This document shows positions 1 through 9,410 of a stretch of 64,000 bases of DNA, in pieces. How positions within the stretch are numbered: position 1 is the stretch's first letter; each line of letters starts with the position of its first letter. The translations under genes were made by a program, and so were the position numbers. Below the pieces are notes generated by a model. The model searched no databases. It worked only from the letters and a program-made list of their open reading frames with translations, and was not told the DNA's origin. This DNA comes from Gemmatimonadota bacterium (lineage in GTDB: Bacteria > Gemmatimonadota > Gemmatimonadetes > Gemmatimonadales > GWC2-71-9), in the NCBI GenBank assembly GCA_036679645.1, contig JAZDCY010000014.1:160001-224000 (forward strand), given 5' to 3'.

Positions 1-338
1 TCGATGCCTAGCTGTGTTTCGCGGTTCAGCTTGTCCCGCAGCGTCTCACCGTCGATGAACGGCATGACGTAATACAGGAATCCGGCCGCGGTCCCCGAAT
101 CGAACAACGGCAGGATGTGGGGGTGTTGAAGATTGGCGGTGGTCGTGATCTCCTGCACGAATCGTTCGGCGCCGAGCACCGCTGCGAGTTCGGGGCGCAG
201 CACCTTGACCGCGACCTTGCGTTTGTGTTTCAGATCCTGGGCGAGGTAGACGGTGGCCATACCGCCTTCACCGAGGCGGCGCTCGAGCTGGTAGCGGTCG
301 GCGAGGGCGGTGGAGAGCTTGGACGTGATCTCGGACAT
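1..338 (-). CDS. Ser/Thr protein kinase, N-terminal part (runs off window edge)
   Basis: ATG at 338 reads MSEITSKLSTALADRYQLERRLGEGGMATVYLAQDLKHKRKVAVKVLRPEL..., a paralog of the downstream kinases; absent from the ORF track because truncated. Confidence 0.9.
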   Translation of the reverse strand, partial: MSEITSKLSTALADRYQLERRLGEGGMATVYLAQDLKHKRKVAVKVLRPELAAVLGAERFVQEITTTANLQHPHILPLFDSGTAAGFLYYVMPFIDGETLRDKLNRETQLGI

Positions 339-380
339 GGGCCTAGAAGATGTGTGTTCCTGCGAGGAAGCGCGAGATGC
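339..380 (-). promoter_or_regulatory. Kinase-associated putative promoter, copy 1
   Basis: Minus strand TCGCGC-17 nt-CATCTT-8 nt-ATG; same geometry at 5716 and 27298, and the two boxes also at 20222. Confidence 0.6.
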
Positions 381-437
381 AAGGGATTTGGGGCCCTAAA
401 GTACAAACGGCCGTTGCATAGCACGACCGCCGGGAAC

Positions 438-506
438 TTTACTCACGGCGGAGTACGCAGCGGTTTCGGGGGTGTTTCTGCGCTCTCCGCGATCTCTGCG
501 GTGAAA
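438..506. repeat. REP-like palindromic intergenic element (CTCACCGCAGAG...CTCTGCGGTGA family)
   Basis: ctgcgctctccgcgatctctgcggtga shared with 5787-5863 and 35723-35772. Confidence 0.7.
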
Positions 507-539
507 CGCGGTCGGACATGGACCTACGAAGCGGCGCAA

Positions 540-3146
540 CTACCGCTCGTCGAGCAACTTGGTCCAGTTTTCTATGAGCCTGAGCGGGGTCGTTGCCACA
601 CCCGGATCGTAAATAACGAGCAACCGCCCGTCAGGGGCCGTATCAAAACCATAAACGCCAGCCGGCGAGCCGGGCACTTGTTGCGGACTGCCGACCGCCG
701 GAACCTCCTGGGAAGTGTCGATCTCGGACGACATCAATTGACCTGATGCGTCGATGAAGTAAAGTGTACTACCTCCCCTGCTCCATATCGCAATAGTGCC
801 GCCGCCGCGGGAAACCTGCCAATGGGCCGTAGCGTCGGGGAGACGCGTGATATAGATCTCCCGTCGACCGGTTCTGTTTGAGTAATACGAAAGCCAATTG
901 CCATCCGCCGAAACACTCGAACCCCACTCGTCGGCGGAGGTCGCATACAAGACTTCCGTCACAACACTGTCACCATCGAACCTGGCGCGAAGCAAATCAA
1001 GCCCGGTGGCAACGACCTGCCGCGCCCCCACAGCGAACGTCCGTCCCTTGGGCCAGACCGTCGGCAAGAAATCGCGCTCAGACAACCGAACGGTTCGTTC
1101 CTCGGACCGATCTGCCGCCATCACCCGCGCGACGGAGGCCTCAATGTCCTGAAACGCCACGTGAGTGCCGCCGAATGCCCACGTAATGACCCAGGTTACA
1201 GCCGAGCTCGATGAGAGCCGGGTCTGTTGACCGGAAGCGACGTGGTACAACCAGACGTCATAGCGTTGACCGGGGCCCGTGTATCGCTCCGACAGAATAG
1301 TCTGCCCGTCAGGCGAGACACTTACCTGGCTGGTGCCGGACTGGTCCAACGGTTCAAGTGCGGCGTTCTCCGGATCGAGCCAGGCCAGCCGGTTGTACTG
1401 CTCCACGAGTTCACGATAGATGAGTACGGATCCGTCCCCGGAAACGGAATAATCCCCGAGTGCCCTCGACTCCCAGACCTCCAAACCGGACAGCAACGAT
1501 ATAGCGTTCCCCTGGAACTCCCCTTTCTCAGGTGAAAACGGCCTTGCTACCAGTGAGCCCTCGTTCACGTATAGCAGGTACTCTCCGCTCACCATGACGT
1601 TTGAAGCGATTTCCAGAAGTTGGCGCGGCTCTACGACCCGCAACTCGCCCCACATCATCTTCCCTGCGCCAACGTAGATATAGTGTCTGCCGTCGGGCAT
1701 GAACTGTGGGACGCGGTGTGAGTTCCGGGTTGAGTCGCCCTCGACTCCCGTCTCCTGAACCGCTTCCCCTCCCTCGGCGGGAACCAGGTGAAGCGGCCCA
1801 AGAATGTCAGGTGCAAAAAGGATCTGCCCGTGCTGGTTCCATGTGCCACCCCGCCCGAACGGCGCGGCAGCGAGGTCGCGCACCGCACCACTTTCGATGT
1901 CGGCGCGTTTCAAACGAGCGTCAGCGAAAAACCCGAGGCTTAGACCATCCGGCGACCAGAACGGATAGCTTGCGCCGGCGGTCCCGGGCAGTGATCGAGC
2001 CTCGTTCGTTTCGAGCGATCTGACCCAGAGCGATTGCACCCCATCGCACGTGGCGATGTAAGCCAGGTTTCGGCCCACCGGAGAGAGTTGCACCAGGTTA
2101 CTTTCGCGCACCGGTGTGTAACGGCACCCCTGCGGCGGCAGCAAGCTTGCGCGCAAGATCGGTTCGCTGCGCGCCTGTCCCCCCGGCCAGAGATAGACCC
2201 AGGAAGCAACCAACAGCAATGCCAGGAACGCGGTCACCGTCCAGGCACGGGCATTCCCCCCCGTTACGGCTGCTACCCCCGGAGCCGCCTGGGTTGTCGG
2301 CGTAACGAACGCCGGATTCGTCAACGCCTCGGCGAACTTGGCCGCGCTCTCGAAGCGATCCGCCGCCAACTTCTCCAACGACTTCGCAGTCGCGGCAGCT
2401 ACATGGGGCGGCACCGACTTCCGCAACTCCGTGACCGGGCGTGCTTCATCGGTCACGATCTTCATCACGATCGCCTGGGCCGACGCCCCGGTGTGTGGCG
2501 GCTCGCCCGTCAACATCTCGTACAGCACGCAGCCCAACGAGTAAACGTCCGAGCGATTGGTGAGATCCTTCTCCGCTGTCGCCTGCTCGGGACTCATGTA
2601 GTGCGGCGTGCCGAGCGACAGCCCCGTCTCCGTTATCCGCCCACCCGCCGCAGCACTGACCGCAAGTGCGATCCCAAAGTCGGCCACCATGGGACGCCCG
2701 TCGTGGAGCAGGATGTTCTCGGGCTTGATGTCCCGGTGGATTACGCCCTGTTGGTGCGCGGAGTCCAGCGCGTCCGCGATGGCGGTGGTGATGCTGACTG
2801 CTTCTTCGATGCCGAGTTGGGTTTCGCGGTCGAGTTTCTGCCGCAGGGTTTCACCGTCGATGAACGGCATGACGTAATACAGGAATCCGTCTGCGGTTCC
2901 CGAATCGAACAACGGCAGGATGTTCGGGTGTTGGAGATTAGCGGTGGTGGTGATCTCCTGCACGAAACGCTCGGCGCCGAGCACGGCGGCGAGTTCCGGG
3001 CGCAGCACTTTGACCGCGACCTTGCGCTTGTGCTTGAGGTCCTCGGCGAGGTAGACAGTCGCCATGCCGCCGCTGCCCAGCTCCCGCTCGATCTTGTAGC
3101 GGTCCGCGAGGGCGGTCGTGAGGCGGGCAAGGAGGTCGGCGCTCAC
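540..3146 (-). CDS. Ser/Thr kinase + TM segment + TolB/PD40-like beta-propeller
   Basis: GxGGMATVY, VAVK, HRDIKPEN, DFG, GTPHYMSPE; hydrophobic segment; repeated WSPDG/SPDG blades. Confidence 0.92.
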   Translation of the reverse strand: MSADLLARLTTALADRYKIERELGSGGMATVYLAEDLKHKRKVAVKVLRPELAAVLGAERFVQEITTTANLQHPNILPLFDSGTADGFLYYVMPFIDGETLRQKLDRETQLGIEEAVSITTAIADALDSAHQQGVIHRDIKPENILLHDGRPMVADFGIALAVSAAAGGRITETGLSLGTPHYMSPEQATAEKDLTNRSDVYSLGCVLYEMLTGEPPHTGASAQAIVMKIVTDEARPVTELRKSVPPHVAAATAKSLEKLAADRFESAAKFAEALTNPAFVTPTTQAAPGVAAVTGGNARAWTVTAFLALLLVASWVYLWPGGQARSEPILRASLLPPQGCRYTPVRESNLVQLSPVGRNLAYIATCDGVQSLWVRSLETNEARSLPGTAGASYPFWSPDGLSLGFFADARLKRADIESGAVRDLAAAPFGRGGTWNQHGQILFAPDILGPLHLVPAEGGEAVQETGVEGDSTRNSHRVPQFMPDGRHYIYVGAGKMMWGELRVVEPRQLLEIASNVMVSGEYLLYVNEGSLVARPFSPEKGEFQGNAISLLSGLEVWESRALGDYSVSGDGSVLIYRELVEQYNRLAWLDPENAALEPLDQSGTSQVSVSPDGQTILSERYTGPGQRYDVWLYHVASGQQTRLSSSSAVTWVITWAFGGTHVAFQDIEASVARVMAADRSEERTVRLSERDFLPTVWPKGRTFAVGARQVVATGLDLLRARFDGDSVVTEVLYATSADEWGSSVSADGNWLSYYSNRTGRREIYITRLPDATAHWQVSRGGGTIAIWSRGGSTLYFIDASGQLMSSEIDTSQEVPAVGSPQQVPGSPAGVYGFDTAPDGRLLVIYDPGVATTPLRLIENWTKLLDER

Positions 3147-3162
3147 GTGGGACTTCCGCTCC

Positions 3163-5715
3163 TCACTCCCGCGGCGTCATGATCGCCCGCCAGGACGGAT
3201 CGTCGCGGATCGCGGCGAACTCGGGCATGGAGTGGAGAAACTCCGGAAAGTACCGCCCGCCCGCGTCGAGCGCGCGCCGTAGCGCGTCTGCCGCGCCCCG
3301 CCCGTCGCCCGCTGCGGCGGCAATCGCGGCCGGCCATCGGGACGTGGCGTTGATCTGCCAGATGCGCTCGACCAGCTGCTCGGCGTCGACCGTGCGACCG
3401 AGTTTGACGAGGCCAGCGGCCAGGTGACCGAGGGCATAAGTGCTATTCGGGAAGGAATCGGCCGCGGCCTGGAGCACGGGTAATGCGTCGGCGACGGGGA
3501 GAGCGCGCAGCGCGGCGCGCGCTCGCGCGACGGAGCCTTCGGGGGTCCGCTCGAGGGCCATCTCGTAGGCCCGCAGATACACCCGGTTCGCGGCGTTAGC
3601 GTGCCCGTGCACCTCGAGTTCGTTACCCACGTGCACGAGCGTGTTTACCACCGCTCGGGCATCAGCGGGGATCACCACCAGCGCTTCGATCGCCGAGTCG
3701 GCGACTGCGGGACTGCCGGCGGCGGCGGCAGCCGAAGCCAGCCATCCGAAGGCCGCAGCCAGATCGGGAAAGCGGCGCACGGCATCGCGCGCGTGTTCCA
3801 GCTCCCGATCGTGATCGCCCGCCAAGTGATTGACCCTCGTACCGAGAGCCCAAAGCGGCGACCACTGCCGGTTGCAGGGATCATCGAAGGGGAAGCGCTC
3901 CACGACACCCGCCGCGATCTCGATCCGGTTCAGGGCGAGCGCCGAGGAAGCGACGTTGTACGGAGCAATGATCCAGACGTCACCCGCGATACGATCGGCC
4001 TCCAGGGTCACGCGCAGCCGCTCGCTCCGATCGCGTTGACCGACGGTCAGGTATGCATAGTAGAGACGCTCGAGCTGGGTCATCCGCGGGACGGCCTCGC
4101 GAGCCAGGGCCTGGAGTGAATCCCGCGATAGTCGCCCCCGGCCCCCGTTTGCGTACGTCGCGAGCGCGTGGATCCGCGGATAGGTGAACGCGGGGTCCCG
4201 TTGGAAGATCCGTTCGAACGCTCGTATCGTGTTCGAAAACTGAGCGCGGCAGAACGCGTCATGTCCGACGTCCCACAGATCGAGGGTCTCGAACGAGTTT
4301 GGCGGATGGAACCCTCGCAGCGTCCCCACGCCCTGATTGGGTCGGGCGTACGCAACGGTGGCAACCGCGGCGCGCTCGGCGACGATGTCGAGCACGCTCT
4401 GATCCGATCCCACGTCCCCCGTGACCGGATCGATCGTCACGGCCTGTTGGCCGGTCGCGACGTCGAGAAGCTCGGCGTCGAAGCGGATGTCGCCACCGAT
4501 CGTCGCGTAGCGACCTCGCAGCACGTACCGCGCGGCCAGCCGCACCGCCACCGCCGTCGGGTCCGTCAGGGTCGCCGGATCCGCACCCCGCACGACGGTT
4601 TGCACCGGCACGTCGAGATAGTTGGCGTTCTGCGTGAGCAGGCGCGTGGTGGCGTCCGCGACCAGCTCGCCCCACACGTCAGCCACCGGGTCACCTGTGC
4701 GGTTCTCGAACGGCAGCACGACGACGCGCAGCGAATCGAGAGCCGCACCACCGGCATCGCCCGACCCCGCACGCGTCGCGACCACCGCAGCGTACGCTCC
4801 AAACACCGCGAGAACCGCAACAGCAGCATACACGGCCCGGCGGCCCCACCTCGCCATCGCAGGGCGACTCGCGGTTTCAGGCCTATCCGACGCGATGGCC
4901 TCGCTGAACTGCCGGACAGTGGTAAAGCGGTCGGCAGGCGTCTTCGCCAACGCTCGCGCGAGTGCGGCAACCACCGCTTCCGGCACCGCGGGGCGAATGT
5001 TGGTGATCGCCGGCGCGTCCACGGCGAGATGCTGATGCACGATGCTCTCAACGGTGGGACCCGTGAACGGCGGTTGCCCCGCCAACATCTCGTACAACAC
5101 GCAGCCGAGGCTGTAGAGATCGCTCCTGCCATCAAGCTCACCGCTTCCCGCGGCCTGCTCGGGACTCATGTAGGTGGGTGTGCCAATCGCGAGCCCGGTA
5201 TCCGTCAGCCGATCCCCACCTGCCGCGCTGATCGCCCGCGCAATTCCAAAGTCGGCGACCACTGCGTGCCCGCTTTCCAACAGTATATTCTCCGGCTTGA
5301 TGTCGCGGTGCAGCACGTCATGACTGTGGGCATACGAGAGCGCGTCAGCGACCTCGCGAGCGATTTGCCCTGCGTCGTCGATGGGCAGTTGTTTCTCACG
5401 GTCGAGCCGGTCGCGTAGTGACTCGCCTTCCACAAACGGCATGACGTAATAAAGGAAGGTGTCGGCTTCACCCGAGTCGAGCAGCGGCAGGATATGCGGA
5501 TGTGTGAGGCGCGCCGTGATCTTGATCTCGCGCAGGAACCGCTCGGGGCCGAGCGCGTGGGCGAGATCGGGCTTCAGCACCTTGAGCGCGACCTGGCGCT
5601 CGTGGCGGATGTCCTCGGCGAGGTAGACGGTGGCCATGCCGCCCGCACCGAGTTCGCGTTCGATCTTGTAGCGATCCGCGAGGGCGGTCGAGAGTCGGGA
5701 GGTGATCTCGGACAT
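3163..5715 (-). CDS. Ser/Thr kinase + TM + TolB_N/FlgO-like domain + TPR-like helical region
   Basis: Kinase motifs intact; VVVLPFENRTGD motif after the TM; Ala-rich helical C-terminus; start set at MSEITSRL by paralogy. Confidence 0.9.
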   Translation of the reverse strand: MSEITSRLSTALADRYKIERELGAGGMATVYLAEDIRHERQVALKVLKPDLAHALGPERFLREIKITARLTHPHILPLLDSGEADTFLYYVMPFVEGESLRDRLDREKQLPIDDAGQIAREVADALSYAHSHDVLHRDIKPENILLESGHAVVADFGIARAISAAGGDRLTDTGLAIGTPTYMSPEQAAGSGELDGRSDLYSLGCVLYEMLAGQPPFTGPTVESIVHQHLAVDAPAITNIRPAVPEAVVAALARALAKTPADRFTTVRQFSEAIASDRPETASRPAMARWGRRAVYAAVAVLAVFGAYAAVVATRAGSGDAGGAALDSLRVVVLPFENRTGDPVADVWGELVADATTRLLTQNANYLDVPVQTVVRGADPATLTDPTAVAVRLAARYVLRGRYATIGGDIRFDAELLDVATGQQAVTIDPVTGDVGSDQSVLDIVAERAAVATVAYARPNQGVGTLRGFHPPNSFETLDLWDVGHDAFCRAQFSNTIRAFERIFQRDPAFTYPRIHALATYANGGRGRLSRDSLQALAREAVPRMTQLERLYYAYLTVGQRDRSERLRVTLEADRIAGDVWIIAPYNVASSALALNRIEIAAGVVERFPFDDPCNRQWSPLWALGTRVNHLAGDHDRELEHARDAVRRFPDLAAAFGWLASAAAAAGSPAVADSAIEALVVIPADARAVVNTLVHVGNELEVHGHANAANRVYLRAYEMALERTPEGSVARARAALRALPVADALPVLQAAADSFPNSTYALGHLAAGLVKLGRTVDAEQLVERIWQINATSRWPAAIAAAAGDGRGAADALRRALDAGGRYFPEFLHSMPEFAAIRDDPSWRAIMTPRE

Positions 5716-5757
5716 GGGGCTAGAAGATGCGCGTTCCTGCGAGGAAGCGCGAGATGC
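5716..5757 (-). promoter_or_regulatory. Kinase-associated putative promoter, copy 2
   Basis: TCGCGC-17-CATCTT-8-ATG. Confidence 0.6.
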
Positions 5758-5786
5758 CCGGAGTTTTGGGGCCCTCAAGACTGGTC

Positions 5787-5863
5787 TTTACTCACCGCAG
5801 AGTGCGCGGAGCACACAGAGCTTCCGGTGACATCTCTGCGCTCTCCGCGATCTCTGCGGTAAA
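5787..5863. repeat. REP-like palindromic element
   Basis: ttactcaccgcagag...gatctctgcggtaaa inverted repeat. Confidence 0.75.
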
Positions 5864-5934
5864 TCGTCCGGCGCGACGGGTCGAGGTTACCTGGGGTCGG
5901 CGACATCGCCGCTGAAGCTTCGGGCGTGGTTGGA

Positions 5935-6390
5935 CTAACTAGGGCCGATCTGCGCTCGCTGTTTGGTGATCAACCGCTCCGCGAACTCGATGCGCTCCTC
6001 GAGGTCGGTCATCTGTTCCAGATGCCGCTGTTCCATCTGAGCCATCCGATCTTCGAGACCATCGACTAGCGTACTGGGCCAAGCGGCCCTCAATCGTTCC
6101 ATCTTATGACGGTACCAGGTCGGGATAGCCGAGCCGGCAACGAGTAGTCCAACCAGCCCAGTGCCCGCCCCCAACTCCTGCTCCACCCTCGCTAGAAGCA
6201 ACAGGATCCCTCCGACCGCGATCCTCCCAATGATTGAGACGGCGGGCCACCAGGCGCGTTCTGTGGGCTCAGGCACCGCTCGGGACGGTACCGGCGTGCT
6301 ACCCTTCGCGACGGGGTAGCCGCAATCGGGGCACGCCGCGGCGCTGTCTGAAACCTCCCGCCCGCAATCGGGACACTCGATCAATGCCAT
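5935..6390 (-). CDS. Zinc-ribbon membrane protein with C-terminal coiled coil
   Basis: MALIECPDCG...CPDCG, two hydrophobic helices, LEERIEFAERLI tail. Confidence 0.75.
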   Translation of the reverse strand: MALIECPDCGREVSDSAAACPDCGYPVAKGSTPVPSRAVPEPTERAWWPAVSIIGRIAVGGILLLLARVEQELGAGTGLVGLLVAGSAIPTWYRHKMERLRAAWPSTLVDGLEDRMAQMEQRHLEQMTDLEERIEFAERLITKQRAQIGPS

Positions 6391-6589
6391 CTCAGCGCGC
6401 TCCCATAGCCATCGTAAGAGGACAGTACACTATGCGACGCATTGGTGCAGGTGTGAGTCGATGATCCGCGGCAGCGGGGCGGTCGCGAGTCGGGAGTGAT
6501 TTCGGTCATGTAGCACTCCGAACATCGAACTCTGAACTTCGAACGAGTCAATGTCGATAGTAACGCGCTTCAACCAATCACGTTCGATC

Positions 6590-6612
6590 TTGGACGTTGG
6601 ACGTTGGACGTT
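6590..6612. repeat. Heptamer tandem repeat (TTGGACG)x3
   Basis: ttggacgttggacgttggacgtt next to the kinase stop; degenerate tcgaac repeats at ~6518-6545. Confidence 0.7.
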
Positions 6613-9305
6613 CATCTCCCCACCCTCGACTCCAACTCATTCGAGAATCCACGCACGAGCTGCCACTTCAGCTCTCCACCAGAGACGGGCTCGATGAACA
6701 GAAACCGTTGGTCGTCGGGCGCGACGTCGTAGAGCGTCGCGTTGCGGTCGTTGAGAAACCGCGTGGCGGAGAAGAGCACGCGGCGGTCGCCGATGGAGAC
6801 GCCCGCCCCCGTGCGGACCTCCGCTGCAACGAGGTTGCCGGCGCGGTCACGATAAAACAATTCGCGCCCGGAATGCGCCCACCGTGGCTCGAAGCCGCCG
6901 TCGAGGGACACACGTGTCCGCGGCCCCGGGCCCGGAAACGGCTGCACCATGATCTCCTCGCGTCCCTCCTCGCCCGATACGTACGCCAGCCAGCGTCCGT
7001 CCGGCGAGAGCGTGGGCGCGAACTCGTCCGCGTCGGTCACAGCCAACGGATACGCCGCGCTGTCGGGATCGGGCCGCGCATAGAGAATATCGCGCTGCCG
7101 CGGTCCCACTGGACCCTGACGGAACACGAACCACTGGCCGTCGGGCGAATACTCGCCGTCCTGAACGGGAATCGACGTGACGCGCCGCAGCTCTCGCGCA
7201 GGCGTCTGACCGTGCGCCGGAACGCTCCACGCGGTGAGCAGGCCGTTCGCTCCCGGCGCAATGTACGAGATCATCTCCCCGCTGGGGTCCCAGGCCGGGC
7301 GGCTACCGCGCGGATCGACATCGGAGGCCCCACCGAATAGACGGGTCCACGGACCAAGCGGAAGCGTGTACACCCAGAGTGCAGGCACCCCATCCCGGCT
7401 TACTTGCGCGACGATTCGATTGCCATCCTGTGAGAGGGCGAAAGTGGCGAACTCCTGGGCCCGGCTCTCGCCAATGCCGGTGGCAACGCCCGCCCGATCC
7501 ACCCATGCCAGCCGGCTCAGCCGCGGTTCCATCTCGACATACAGCAGCGTACCCGCCCGGGAGAGCGCAAACGACGTGAAATCGTCGTTCCGAAATACGT
7601 TGGCGGCGAGGCTGACCGGCGGGCCGGCGAGCGTCAGCGTCTTCTCGTCGAACGGGGCTGCCGTCAACGTACGGTCGAGCGTGACGTAGACGAGCTGGCC
7701 GGTGGAGGCGACGCGGCCGAACGGGGCTCGCAGCAGGGCTTCACTCTGGCCTGTCGCGAATGCGTAGGTCATCAGCTCCCCAGCGTCCAGGCCTCCCGCA
7801 AGCGCGTTCAGATACAAGAGCCCGCGCCCCCCCGACAACGCCTGCTGGCAGATGTGCGCGTACTCACCTCGAGTGGAATCGATGGTCGTGATCACGGTGG
7901 GTTGCCCGCCCCGCTCCGGAACCCGCGAGATCCCGGCCGGCAGGCTATTCGTTGCGGGCCGAGGGAAGTAGATGTAGCCATCGTCGCCCCAGCACAGACC
8001 CCACTGCCCCGCCTCCGCAAGCGTCTGCGGCGTGCCGCCCTCGACGCTCGCCCATTTGACCACCCCCGGCGGGGCCAGAAACGCGACGCGCCCTCCGTCG
8101 GGGGAGAACCGGGGAAAACGGGCGCTGGCCGTTCCGGGCAGCGGGGTTCCGGCCGGCCGGTTTAATGCGCGCACCTCCAGTACCTGCCGTCCCGCGGAAT
8201 CGGCAGCAACGTACACGAGCTGCGCGCCGTCCGGCGAAATGTCCAGCACCTGACTGATCGGTATCGTGTCGACGTACGGCAGGGAAGCGATCGTCCAACG
8301 CTCGACCCGCTCCGGCGTCGCACGATTCACGATCAGGAATACTGCTGTTGCCAAGAGGGCACCCACAACCGCACCGCCGGCCGCGATGGGGAACACCGAA
8401 CGACGCTGCACCGTCGGCGCGGAACGGGCAAGGTCCGTCGAGGCAACGATCTGAAGTCGGCCTGCGAGAACTTCGCTGAACTCCTTCGCCGTCGCGAACC
8501 GGTCCGCCGCCAGTTTCTCCAACGACTTGGCCACGGCCGCCGCCACATGCGGCGGCACCGACTTTCGTAACTCCGTCACCGGCTGCACATCTTCCGCGAC
8601 AATCTTCATGATGATTTGCTGGGCGGACGAACCAACGTGCGGTGGGCTTCCCGTCAGCATCTCGTAGAGCACACTGCCCAACGAGTAGATGTCCGAACGG
8701 TTCGTGAGGTCCTTCTCCGCCGTCGCCTGTTCGGGGCTCATGTAGTGCGGCGTGCCGAGCGAGAGGCCCGTCTCGGTCATTCTTCCGCCGGCGGCTGCAC
8801 TCACCGCAAGAGCGATCCCAAAATCAGCCACCATGGGACGCCCGTCGTGGAGCAGAATGTTCTCCGGCTTGATGTCCCGGTGGATTACGCCCTGTTGGTG
8901 CGCGGAGTCCAGCGCGTCCGCGATGGCGGTGGTGATGCTGACTGCTTCGTCGATGCCGAGTTGGGTTTCGCGGTCGAGTTTCTGCCGCAGGGTCTCCCCG
9001 TCGATATACGGCATCACATAGTAGAGGAATTCCGTCCCGCCATCCCGCCCTCCCGCCGTCCCGCTGTCAAACAGCGGCAGGATGTTCGGGTGTTGAAGAT
9101 TCGCGGTGGTCGTGATCTCCTGCACGAAACGTTCGGCGCCCAGCACAGCCGCGAGTTCGGGTCGCAGCACCTTGACCGCGACCTTGCGCTGGTGCTTGAG
9201 GTCTTCGGCGAGATAGACGGTGGCCATGCCACCCGAACCGAGTTCGCGTTCGATTCGGTAGCGATTGGCGAGGGCGGTCGAGAGTCGGGAGGTGATTTTG
9301 GTCAT
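6612..9305 (-). CDS. Ser/Thr kinase + TM + TolB/PD40-like beta-propeller
   Basis: All kinase motifs; SPDG blades; small repeat-derived insertion GGRDGGTE. Confidence 0.92.
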   Translation of the reverse strand: MTKITSRLSTALANRYRIERELGSGGMATVYLAEDLKHQRKVAVKVLRPELAAVLGAERFVQEITTTANLQHPNILPLFDSGTAGGRDGGTEFLYYVMPYIDGETLRQKLDRETQLGIDEAVSITTAIADALDSAHQQGVIHRDIKPENILLHDGRPMVADFGIALAVSAAAGGRMTETGLSLGTPHYMSPEQATAEKDLTNRSDIYSLGSVLYEMLTGSPPHVGSSAQQIIMKIVAEDVQPVTELRKSVPPHVAAAVAKSLEKLAADRFATAKEFSEVLAGRLQIVASTDLARSAPTVQRRSVFPIAAGGAVVGALLATAVFLIVNRATPERVERWTIASLPYVDTIPISQVLDISPDGAQLVYVAADSAGRQVLEVRALNRPAGTPLPGTASARFPRFSPDGGRVAFLAPPGVVKWASVEGGTPQTLAEAGQWGLCWGDDGYIYFPRPATNSLPAGISRVPERGGQPTVITTIDSTRGEYAHICQQALSGGRGLLYLNALAGGLDAGELMTYAFATGQSEALLRAPFGRVASTGQLVYVTLDRTLTAAPFDEKTLTLAGPPVSLAANVFRNDDFTSFALSRAGTLLYVEMEPRLSRLAWVDRAGVATGIGESRAQEFATFALSQDGNRIVAQVSRDGVPALWVYTLPLGPWTRLFGGASDVDPRGSRPAWDPSGEMISYIAPGANGLLTAWSVPAHGQTPARELRRVTSIPVQDGEYSPDGQWFVFRQGPVGPRQRDILYARPDPDSAAYPLAVTDADEFAPTLSPDGRWLAYVSGEEGREEIMVQPFPGPGPRTRVSLDGGFEPRWAHSGRELFYRDRAGNLVAAEVRTGAGVSIGDRRVLFSATRFLNDRNATLYDVAPDDQRFLFIEPVSGGELKWQLVRGFSNELESRVGR

Positions 9306-9410
9306 TATCTGATGTACTGCCGCGGATGATCACACGGACGCGGATCCGTGCCTCGGCCACGGAGTGCGGCGCAAATCCGTGTCCGAGTCAATGATCCGCA
9401 ACCTGAACGT

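Noticed and set aside
6430..6615. 61-aa ORF MNVQRPTSKIE...
   Set aside because: Largely translation of heptamer repeats; no family features
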